From NCBI GenBank assembly GCA_043822885.1, contig JBDRBI010000034.1:1-42138 (forward strand): a stretch of DNA of 42,138 nt, written 5' to 3'. This document shows positions 10,905 through 18,358 of the stretch, piece by piece. Within the stretch, counting starts at the first letter, position 1. Each line of letters begins with the position of its first letter. The DNA comes from Candidatus Omnitrophota bacterium (GTDB lineage: Bacteria > Omnitrophota > Gorgyraeia > Tantalellales > Tantalellaceae). The position numbers and the translations under genes were made by a program. The notes beneath the pieces are model-generated. The model saw nothing but the letters and a program-made list of their open reading frames with translations. It was not told the DNA's origin and ran no database searches.

Positions 10905-10929
10905 CTTCGCAATAACAAAAGGGGTGTTT

Positions 10930-11973
10930 ATGAAAATCATTTCTGTTGCTAATCAAAAAGGCGGTTGTGGTAAAACAACTTTGGCTGTTAACACGGCAGC
11001 TACTTTGGCTAAGCTGGGAAAAGAAACACTGCTCATAGATCTTGATCCTCAAGGACACGCGACTTTCGCCTTAGGATACGGTAGAGAACTACCTGAAAGA
11101 AAAACCTCTTATGATATTTTTCGTTCACATTTTGACAGAACAGAAGTCCCTTTCGACGAACTTTTGGTGAGTAACAGAGAAAAACTATCGTTTATCCCCG
11201 CGAATATGATGCTGAGCGCCGCGGAAATCAATCTAGGCGGAGTAAACGGGGCGGCAGCGATCTTATACCGCACATTGTCGGACCCTTATTTTAATAAATA
11301 CGAGTATGTGGTTATAGATTCACCTCCGAGTTTCGGGTTCCTGACTTTGAATTCCATGTATGCGGCCGATGTAATACTTGTTCCGATCGATCTTAGCTAT
11401 TTCTCTTTTAACGGGATCAACGGACTATATCGAGTTATGGGGCTTTTGAAAGAGGAAACCGGCCGGGATCCGTCAATACTGTTTGTCATGAATATTTTTG
11501 ATAAGCGGTCAAATTTTGCCAAACAGTTAGAAGCAGATGCGAAGAAACGGCTGGGGTCGTATCTTTTGACATCCAAGATCAGATCTAGTGTACGTCTAAG
11601 GGAAGCCGCAAGTTTGGGGAAGACAATATTTGAAAAAGATCCGAAGAGTTCCGCCGCGTTGGATTTTTACAATTTGACCAGTGAACTGTTGAGCTCCGAG
11701 AATAGAGATGCAAAAGTAAGCGTCAGAGAATTCTCTCTTCATGCTCCCAAGGCCGGGTCTGTATACGTTCTGGGAGATTTTAATGGATGGAAGAAGTCAG
11801 AGGCGACACATCTTTCCAAGCTCGAAAGCGGAGAATGGACGGCGTATTTTACCCTCGATAAAGGGCGGTATCGTTATAAATTTCTGGTAGATAATGAATG
11901 GATAAACGATCCCCGCAATCAAGAGACGGAACGGAATGTTTTTGGAACTTCTGATTCGGTTCTTGAAATATGA
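10930..11973 (+). CDS. ParA/Soj-family ATPase fused to a C-terminal glycogen-binding CBM48/AMPK-beta-like domain
   Basis: NQKGGCGKTT, IDLDPQG, IDSPPSFG, IRSSVRLREA; C-terminus 'VYVLGDFNGW...GEW...L.KGRYRYKFLVDNEWINDP.N...FG..DSVLEI'. Confidence 0.9.
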   Translation: MKIISVANQKGGCGKTTLAVNTAATLAKLGKETLLIDLDPQGHATFALGYGRELPERKTSYDIFRSHFDRTEVPFDELLVSNREKLSFIPANMMLSAAEINLGGVNGAAAILYRTLSDPYFNKYEYVVIDSPPSFGFLTLNSMYAADVILVPIDLSYFSFNGINGLYRVMGLLKEETGRDPSILFVMNIFDKRSNFAKQLEADAKKRLGSYLLTSKIRSSVRLREAASLGKTIFEKDPKSSAALDFYNLTSELLSSENRDAKVSVREFSLHAPKAGSVYVLGDFNGWKKSEATHLSKLESGEWTAYFTLDKGRYRYKFLVDNEWINDPRNQETERNVFGTSDSVLEI

Positions 11974-12103
11974 CCGTTTTCTAAAAGTTTTTCCGATATA
12001 AAATAAAAATTTTTTTAAATGATTAAGGATTTTAAGTCCCTGCAGATCTTGATTTTGGATCTTTAATTTTGGATTTTTAATTTTGTCTTTTGGGTCTCCA
12101 AAC

Positions 12104-12511
12104 ATGCCTATTTCCTCCTCCAAAGAAAAAGCTCTTAAAGAAAAGATGAGACATCTTGGTATCAAAGAGTCTGATCTTACGGAGCGTTTCATAAGGTCTT
12201 CCGGACGCGGCGGCCAGAATGTGAACAAAGTGTCCACCTGTGTTTACCTTAAACATAATCCCAGCGGGATAGAAGTGAAATGCGGCAGAGAGAGATCCCA
12301 GATACTTAATAGGTTCTTGGCCAGAAGGATCCTGTCGGACAAGATAGAACAAATTAAACTTGGAAAGGCTTCCGAAAAAAGAAAGAGCATAGAGAAAATA
12401 CGAAGGCAAAAGAGAAAAAGGTCAAAAAGGGCGAAAGAAAAGATGCTTGATACGAAGAAGAAACGGGGTGCGGTTAAAAAGCTGAGAAAAAGCGTAACAG
12501 GGGAAGAATAG
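12104..12511 (+). CDS. GGQ-domain ribosome-rescue peptidyl-tRNA hydrolase (ArfB-like)
   Basis: RSSGRGGQNVNKV, RSQxxNR, basic C-terminal tail. Confidence 0.8.
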   Translation: MPISSSKEKALKEKMRHLGIKESDLTERFIRSSGRGGQNVNKVSTCVYLKHNPSGIEVKCGRERSQILNRFLARRILSDKIEQIKLGKASEKRKSIEKIRRQKRKRSKRAKEKMLDTKKKRGAVKKLRKSVTGEE

Positions 12512-12557
12512 AAGCGAGATTAGAGTTAGGTTGTGTAAAGGAGAATCGTCTCGAATT

Positions 12558-12657
12558 GTCATTGCGACCCCCGCTGCTCCGCTTTGTGGAGCAAAGCGAC
12601 GGGGGGAAGCAATCTGTTCTACGATCATAGAGATTGCTTCGCTACGCTCGCAATGAC
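12558..12657. repeat. Complete 100-bp branched palindromic element (RPE-like GTCATTGCGA family)
   Basis: GTCATTGCGA/TCGCAATGAC termini; internal GAAGCAATCT/AGATTGCTTC and CCCCG/CGGGG stems. Confidence 0.85.
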
Positions 12658-12683
12658 GCGAGTTGTAGTATTTTAAACTAGTT

Positions 12684-12726
12684 AGACTTTAGACTTTAGA
12701 CCTTAGACTTTAGACCGTCAGACCGT
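12684..12726. repeat. AGACTTT heptamer array
   Basis: agacttt agacttt agacctt agacttt agaccgt c agaccgt. Confidence 0.8.
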
Positions 12727-12736
12727 TTATAAAAAC

Positions 12737-14293
12737 ATGGCTAATAATAAAAGAGAGGGTTGGGGTTCTCGACTGGGCATGATAATGGCTGTCGCGGGAT
12801 CGGCAGTTGGGCTGGGGAATTTTCTTAGGTTCCCGGTCCAGGCCGCGAAAAATGGCGGCGGAGCTTTTATGGTGCCTTACTTTGTGGCGCTCCTTGTGGT
12901 GGGTATACCTCTTATGTGGATAGAATGGTCCATAGGACGTTATGGAGGAGGACTGGGGCATTCGACCGCTCCGGGAGTTTTTCAAAGTTTATGGAAAAAG
13001 AACCGCTTCATAAAGTATTTCGGGATAGTAGGTATCTTCGGTCCTTTGGTAATAATGGTTTATTACACGTATGTAGAATCCTGGACACTTGCGTACAGTT
13101 TCTTTTCGCTTGCGCAAAAGTACGGCGGCATTACAGACCAGCTTTCTATGCAAGCCTTTTTAAGGGGGTTTCAGGGGCTGGAAAAAAATCAATATTTTTC
13201 CAGCATCGCCACAGCATATGTTTTTTTTCTTATCACGTTTGTTGTCAACATGGTTGTTCTGAATCATGGGATACGCGGAGGAATAGAAAGATTTTGTAAA
13301 TTTGCCATTCCGACATTATTTATATTCGCGGCTATATTAGCGATAAGGGTGCTATCGTTGGGGGCGCCTTTAGCGGATCATCCGGATTGGAACGTGGTAA
13401 ATGGACTAGGGTATTTATGGAACCCGGATTTTACCCAGCTTAAAAATGCTAAAGTCTGGCTGGCCGCTACCGGGCAGATATTTTTCACTCTTAGCATAGG
13501 GATGGGGGTTATTCTCACATATGCCAGTTATCTAAAAAAAGGAGATGACGTAGCATTGTCGGGACTTACCGCGGTAAGTATGAACGAAACGGCCGAAGTT
13601 ATACTCGGGGCAAGCATAATCATACCCGCGGCGTTTATTTTCTTTGGGCCGGCAGCTATAGGAAGTATAGCCGAATCAGGAGCGTTCAATTTAGGATTTG
13701 TAACAATGCCTCTTATCTTTGGAAAGATGCCTCTTCCGGAGGTGATGGGATTCCTTTGGTTTGGGCTTTTGTTCCTTGCGGGAGTTACTTCATCGGTTTC
13801 TATGGCTCAGCCCGCGATAGCTTTTCTTGAAGATGAGTTCAATGTCACTAAAAGGCAAGCGGTGCTGATATTAGGCGCTGCGATGTTCCTATTATGTAAC
13901 GCGGCCATATTTTTTTTCAGGTATGGAGTGGTAGACGAACTGGATTTTTGGGGAGGAACATTTTGTTTAGTGCTCTTTGCCACATTCGAAGTTATCCTTT
14001 TTGGATGGATCTTCAATATCAACCGTGCTTGGGAAGAGGTGCATCACGGGGCAGATATGAAGATCCCCGGGTTTTATAAACATATAATCAAATACGTGAC
14101 CCCGACCTTCCTCATAATATTGTTAGCGGCATGGTTCTTACAGGAGTGGCTACCGATAATACGGATGGAAAATGTCTCGGAAATTGACCGTCCTTATGTC
14201 CTAGCTACACGTATAGGATTAGGGATGATCTTCCTTATATTGGCATTACTGGTAAAGCACGCTTGGAAAGTTCGGGGAAAAGAAATAGTTTAG
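12737..14293 (+). CDS. Sodium-dependent transporter, NSS (LeuT-like) family
   Basis: AGSAVGLGNFLRFP, GGGAF, W..A.GQIFFTLSIG, AGVTSS; about 12 TMs. Confidence 0.93.
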   Translation: MANNKREGWGSRLGMIMAVAGSAVGLGNFLRFPVQAAKNGGGAFMVPYFVALLVVGIPLMWIEWSIGRYGGGLGHSTAPGVFQSLWKKNRFIKYFGIVGIFGPLVIMVYYTYVESWTLAYSFFSLAQKYGGITDQLSMQAFLRGFQGLEKNQYFSSIATAYVFFLITFVVNMVVLNHGIRGGIERFCKFAIPTLFIFAAILAIRVLSLGAPLADHPDWNVVNGLGYLWNPDFTQLKNAKVWLAATGQIFFTLSIGMGVILTYASYLKKGDDVALSGLTAVSMNETAEVILGASIIIPAAFIFFGPAAIGSIAESGAFNLGFVTMPLIFGKMPLPEVMGFLWFGLLFLAGVTSSVSMAQPAIAFLEDEFNVTKRQAVLILGAAMFLLCNAAIFFFRYGVVDELDFWGGTFCLVLFATFEVILFGWIFNINRAWEEVHHGADMKIPGFYKHIIKYVTPTFLIILLAAWFLQEWLPIIRMENVSEIDRPYVLATRIGLGMIFLILALLVKHAWKVRGKEIV

Positions 14294-14307
14294 CTTGCTG
14301 AAAAAAC

Positions 14308-14420
14308 GCACAGGGCATAGGGCATAGAGCATAGTGTTAAAGTAAGGGTTCGAGATAACGATTCTTATTGCTGTAATGCTATGCGCCATGCTCTTTGCTC
14401 TATGCAATTTATGCGAGCTA
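14308..14420. repeat. Inverted GCATAGG/CTATGC heptamer arrays
   Basis: gcacagggcatagggcatagagcatag at 14308-14334 faces ctatgcgccatgctctttgctctatgc at 14379-14405; 14379-14420 is similar to 15779-15820. Confidence 0.8.
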
Positions 14421-14450
14421 ATATGTTACAAAAAACGAAGGTAAGGACAT

Positions 14451-14555
14451 ATGACGGTTTTAGGATGGATATTTTTGACGGTTTCCTGGGGGCTTATAAT
14501 GAGTCTCACAATAACTTGTTTTGTGAAAATATTCAGCAAAAAAAAGATAGATTGA
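14451..14555 (+). CDS. 34-aa single-TM protein, probable NSS transporter small subunit (MetS-like)
   Basis: MTVLGWIFLTVSWGLIMSLTITCFVKIFSKKKID; AAGGA RBS; directly downstream of the NSS gene; absent from the ORF track. Confidence 0.7.
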   Translation: MTVLGWIFLTVSWGLIMSLTITCFVKIFSKKKID

Positions 14556-14560
14556 TTTGG

Positions 14561-14590
14561 TTGCATATTTTTTTATCATTGTGGTATAAT
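14561..14590 (+). promoter_or_regulatory. Sigma70-type promoter
   Basis: TTGCAT-18 bp-TATAAT with an extended TG. Confidence 0.55.
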
Positions 14591-14649
14591 AATGATACCT
14601 ATTATTATAGAGGCCCATGAAAGCCTTGTTAGTAAAAAAAGGAGACATG

Positions 14650-14883
14650 ATGGAAAAAGACGTAGCGGTATTCGCAAAGAACAAATATCAGGATGTCAAA
14701 GTGCGTTTGTCCGAATATCAGGGCAATGATGTGATCGATATTCGTATTTGGACACAACCTCCTCAGGGAGAGGAAAAAGTACCTACGGGAAAGGGGGTTA
14801 ACATAAATGTTAAACTTTTCCCTGAGCTTAAGAAAGCTATCGAAAAACTGGAACAGGATCTGAAATCCGGAAATTTCCTGTAA
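14650..14883 (+). CDS. PC4/p15-family ssDNA-binding protein
   Basis: VKVRLSEYQG..VIDIRIW...PTGKGVNI; RBS AAGGAG. Confidence 0.8.
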   Translation: MEKDVAVFAKNKYQDVKVRLSEYQGNDVIDIRIWTQPPQGEEKVPTGKGVNINVKLFPELKKAIEKLEQDLKSGNFL

Positions 14884-14969
14884 AATATAGTTTGAAACGA
14901 TGAAATAGATAGAATGTATTTTGATCTGGTTTCATCCTAATTTTCACAATAAACCGTTCGGAGGAAGAC

Positions 14970-15407
14970 ATGTCTCATCACGAAAAAAGACGTTTTATAA
15001 GACATCTCCTGGTGAATCCTTTGGAATTTCAAATATCGGAACAAAAGGAATTTCAAAAGAGTGAAACTGAGGATATTAGCGAGGGCGGGCTGATGTTCAT
15101 GTCCACAAAGAGTGTTCCTGTGGGTTCTGTGATCCGAATACAGATGCCTGTATATGATAAGGTTTTCAAAATACAAGGTAAGGTTGTTCATTCATCAAAA
15201 GATCTGTCCACAGATCTTTATAAAATTGGTGTATCTTTCGAAACATATGTTGAAGCATTTAAAGTAAAGCTGATAGAACAGATATACTTGATAGAGGAAT
15301 ATCGCGTACTAAGGTCTCTTCAGGAAGGAAAAGACATCTCTCTCCAGGAGGCTTCTAAGGAGTGGATAAAGAGATATTCTGAGAGATTCGAAAAATTATA
15401 CTGGTAA
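14970..15407 (+). CDS. PilZ-domain protein with a C-terminal helical extension
   Basis: RRFIR (RxxxR) and DISEGG (DxSxxG). Confidence 0.85.
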   Translation: MSHHEKRRFIRHLLVNPLEFQISEQKEFQKSETEDISEGGLMFMSTKSVPVGSVIRIQMPVYDKVFKIQGKVVHSSKDLSTDLYKIGVSFETYVEAFKVKLIEQIYLIEEYRVLRSLQEGKDISLQEASKEWIKRYSERFEKLYW

Positions 15408-15410
15408 AAA

Positions 15411-15758
15411 ATGGAAGAAAGCTGCATTTTTTGTAAAATAGCCAACAAAGATGTCCCGGCTGAAATTGTATATGAGGACGGGGATATCATAGCTTTCAAT
15501 GACTTGAATCCTCAGGCGCCCATGCATGTTTTGTTAATCCCAAAAAAACATATACGGACAGTGAACGAACTTGAAGAAGAGGATATGGGCTTAATAGGAA
15601 AGATCGTTTCGAAAGCCAAAGATCTTGCGGGTATCGAAAGAATAGATAAGGATGGGTACCGCCTGGTAATTAATTGTAACAGAGGAGCGGGACAGGAAGT
15701 ATTTCATCTTCATGTGCATCTTATGGGGGGAAGGACCTTCTCTTGGCCTCCGGGGTAA
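15411..15758 (+). CDS. hinT: Histidine triad nucleotide-binding protein (HINT)
   Basis: CIFCKI, GQEVFHLHVHLMGGR, WPPG. Confidence 0.92.
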   Translation: MEESCIFCKIANKDVPAEIVYEDGDIIAFNDLNPQAPMHVLLIPKKHIRTVNELEEEDMGLIGKIVSKAKDLAGIERIDKDGYRLVINCNRGAGQEVFHLHVHLMGGRTFSWPPG

Positions 15759-15778
15759 AGATTTCCAGCTCTATAGTA

Positions 15779-15820
15779 CCATGCGCCATGCCCTCTGCGC
15801 TATGCAATCTATGCGAGCTA
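15779..15820. repeat. CCATGCG/CTATGC heptamer block
   Basis: 42-bp near-copy of 14379-14420. Confidence 0.75.
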
Positions 15821-15873
15821 GCTTATGAAAGAAATGGTCAGAATATGTCACAACAAAGACAGGCAGGTTTATT

Positions 15874-16236
15874 ATGGTGAGACCAGAAGAGAGACGGAGA
15901 TATCCCAGGATAAAAGACGACAGAATATCAATAAAATTATCAGCGGACGGATGCGAAACTATAACGCAAAGTCTTGATGTGAGCGCTTCGGGGCTATATT
16001 GCAAAGTGGCGCAAAGAATACCGCTTATGACGCGCGTTCAGGTAGTACTTTCTCTCCCAGGTCTAAAAAAAGGTTCTCCGGCGGTGACCATGGATGTCGA
16101 TGGTGTTGTCGTGCGGGAACATCCCGTCAAAGAAGGCGATAAGGTGCAGCACTATGATGTCGCTATCTTTTTTAATACGCTCCTCCCCAGAGAGAGGGAA
16201 CGTTTGATCAAATACATAAACTCAAGATCAAAGTAA
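15874..16236 (+). CDS. PilZ-domain protein
   Basis: ERRRYPR and DVSASG. Confidence 0.85.
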   Translation: MVRPEERRRYPRIKDDRISIKLSADGCETITQSLDVSASGLYCKVAQRIPLMTRVQVVLSLPGLKKGSPAVTMDVDGVVVREHPVKEGDKVQHYDVAIFFNTLLPRERERLIKYINSRSK

Positions 16237-16250
16237 ATCTCCGCAGAAAA

Positions 16251-16667
16251 ATGATCGTAACAAGATATCTTCCAGTCTCCACAAGAGGCAATGTCGACAT
16301 TTTGGATATTACTTCGAGATGTCAAAAAATGGTGAAAGAAGCCGGAGCAAAAGACGGCATACTGACCGTTTTTAATCCCGGCTCGACAGGGTCGTTGACG
16401 ACAATAGAATATGAGCCTAATTTGATAAAAGACGTCAAGTATGCTTTAGAGAAAATAGCCCCGAAAGACAAAATTTACGAGCATAGCAAGACCTGGCATG
16501 ATGACAACGGAGCGTCGCATGTTAAAGCAACTTTGATGGGGCCGTCAATAACAATCCCTTTCGTGGATAAAAAATTGACATTAGGGACTTGGCAGCAGAT
16601 AGTATTCTGCGATTTTGATACCAGGCCGAGGGAACGAGAATTGGTAGTTCAGATAATGGGTGAATAG
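16251..16667 (+). CDS. yjbQ: YjbQ/UPF0047 family protein
   Basis: GSTGSLTTIEYEP, NGASHVKATLMGPS, LGTWQQI. Confidence 0.88.
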   Translation: MIVTRYLPVSTRGNVDILDITSRCQKMVKEAGAKDGILTVFNPGSTGSLTTIEYEPNLIKDVKYALEKIAPKDKIYEHSKTWHDDNGASHVKATLMGPSITIPFVDKKLTLGTWQQIVFCDFDTRPRERELVVQIMGE

Positions 16668-16785
16668 GGAACAGTTTAAAGGTTTAAAAGTTTAAAGGTT
16701 AAAAGGTCCGGGGTTGACAGATGTGCGGAACAGTTTAAAGGTTTAAAAGTTCAAAGGTTAAAAGGTTCAGAATTGACCAATGTGC
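16668..16785. repeat. 2 x 59-bp tandem duplication made of GTTTAAARG 9-mers
   Basis: 16668-16726 and 16727-16785 both start GGAACAGTTTAAAGG and end ATGTGC. Confidence 0.85.
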
Positions 16786-16870
16786 TAATTAATGGTGAAT
16801 GGTGGCGAGCTTGTGTAACGTGTCATGTGTAATGTGTTATGAGAAAGGTACGAGGGGATATCGTTATAGC

Positions 16871-17057
16871 TAAAACTGTATGCCTGAATGAACAGTTGCG
16901 GTATTTTAGTATTTTTATAACTTTTTAAAGGAAAGAGTGTAAAATACTGTCTGAGTCCTGTACCGTTCCCGGTACAGGACGAGTTTATTTTACACCCCTT
17001 AAAAAGTTAGAAAAGTACGTTAAAAAATACCGCTGTGAATGAAGGTATACAGTTTTA
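16871..17057 (+). repeat. Long imperfect hairpin element, family C (copy 1)
   Basis: TAAAACTGTATGCCT/AGGTATACAGTTTTA termini, apex GTCCTGTACC/GGTACAGGAC; homologous to 36328-36515 and to the reverse complement of 33743-33939. Confidence 0.88.
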
Positions 17058-17103
17058 ACATATGTATGCGCACGCGAGAAGATAGACTTTGTTGGTAGTC
17101 AAC

Positions 17104-17226
17104 GAGATTGCTTCGTCGGCCTACGGCCTTCTCGCAATGACAGAGTTAAGTACGACTTCTTGCAATGACAGAGTTAAGTACGACTTCTTGCAATGACAGA
17201 GTTAAGTACGACTTCTTGCAATGACA
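17104..17226. repeat. Half palindromic element followed by 3 x 28-bp perfect tandem repeat
   Basis: GAGTTAAGTACGACTTCTTGCAATGACA at 17143, 17171 and 17199. Confidence 0.9.
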
Positions 17227-17251
17227 AGTAGTGGTGAAAGGGAGTTGGAAG

Positions 17252-17785
17252 ATGGGGAAGATCTGTGTTCAGGCGCCGGTTAAGCTTGTAACCAGTATTA
17301 TTTTTAACGATGAAAAGGCCGCCGAAGAAGCCGAGAAAAAGCTTTGTAAACTTTTCGGAAAAAAAGAAGCTTTGGAGAAAGTTCTGCCGTTCGATCTTAC
17401 GGATTATTATTCCAAGGAGATGGGCAAAGATCTCAAAAGAAAACTTATTTGTTTTGAAAAATTAGCGGAAAAAGAAGGCATTTACGATATTAAGATCAGA
17501 ACTAACCGGATAGAGGATCTTTTTAGCCAAAACGGGAAAAGAAAGGTAAATATAGACCCCGGATATGTAACAGAAGCAAAGCTGGTTCTTTTGACCACTA
17601 AAGATTATACTCATCGAATCCATATAGGCAGGGGGATCTTTGCAGAGTCAACACTTTGTTTCAAAGATGGAGCTTTTGGGTCTTGGTCATGGTCGTATCC
17701 GGATTATGCTTCGGAAGCGATGAGAGATTATTTTAAGGAAGTAAGGACGCTATACGTGAAACAGATGAAAAAGAGGAGTGAATAG
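17252..17785 (+). CDS. DUF4416-family protein
   Basis: F..TDYY.KEMG..LKR, RKVNIDPGY, TTKDYTHRI, W.YPDY. Confidence 0.8.
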   Translation: MGKICVQAPVKLVTSIIFNDEKAAEEAEKKLCKLFGKKEALEKVLPFDLTDYYSKEMGKDLKRKLICFEKLAEKEGIYDIKIRTNRIEDLFSQNGKRKVNIDPGYVTEAKLVLLTTKDYTHRIHIGRGIFAESTLCFKDGAFGSWSWSYPDYASEAMRDYFKEVRTLYVKQMKKRSE

Positions 17786-17788
17786 AAC

Positions 17789-18358
17789 GTGTTCATAAAA
17801 AAGAAACACATGTCCGTTGTTATCTTCTCATCTGTAATAATCTCTGTTGTTTTTATAGTGACACTTGCGGGATATCACATTTACATTCAGTGGAAACAGG
17901 ATACTCTTGCTTCGAAATATCGGAATTCCATATACAAATTAACGGCGGAACTTTTCAAGAATGATGTTCTTTTATCGAATGTTAGTTTTAGATCAGCAGA
18001 AAAGGAAGGAGCTCCGGCCCTGCCGCTTTTAGAGGGAAATCTGAAGAATAACTCGGAGAAAAAGATAACATCGATCTCCGTCGAAATAGCTCTTGTGGAT
18101 CCCGAGGGAGTAGTTGTTTACAGAGAATTGGTCAATCCTTTGGAAGGAGGTTTTTTGGGTTTTAGCGTAAACCCTTCCGTTAGAGTGTATCCCGAAAAGA
18201 TATTGTTACCGGGAGAAGATATGACCTTTTGCCATTTTGATAAGAATTGTCCCCGTGAAGTAACGGAAAAAATGTCAACTAAGACCAAATTTGCCAAAGA
18301 CGGTTCAGGGGGAGAGTTAAAACTCGTCTTTTCGATAGCAGGAATGTCGGTATTATGA
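17789..18358 (+). CDS. Hypothetical N-terminally anchored membrane protein
   Basis: N-terminal TM, beta-rich C-terminal part; operonic spacing. Confidence 0.65.
   Translation: MFIKKKHMSVVIFSSVIISVVFIVTLAGYHIYIQWKQDTLASKYRNSIYKLTAELFKNDVLLSNVSFRSAEKEGAPALPLLEGNLKNNSEKKITSISVEIALVDPEGVVVYRELVNPLEGGFLGFSVNPSVRVYPEKILLPGEDMTFCHFDKNCPREVTEKMSTKTKFAKDGSGGELKLVFSIAGMSVL

Noticed and set aside
10930-11973. Chromosomal parAB/oriC locus
   Set aside because: No parB, evident parS palindrome or dnaA/gidA context
14381-14684. 79-aa (+) and 74-aa (-) ORFs
   Set aside because: The first starts in a heptamer array; both overlap the better-supported 34-aa ORF and the promoter
16871-17057. Integron attC sites (families C and D)
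   Set aside because: No RYYYAAC/GTTRRRY ends, longer than typical attC, and no integrase in the window
17143-17226. CRISPR array
   Set aside because: The 28-bp units are contiguous with no spacers, and no cas genes are present
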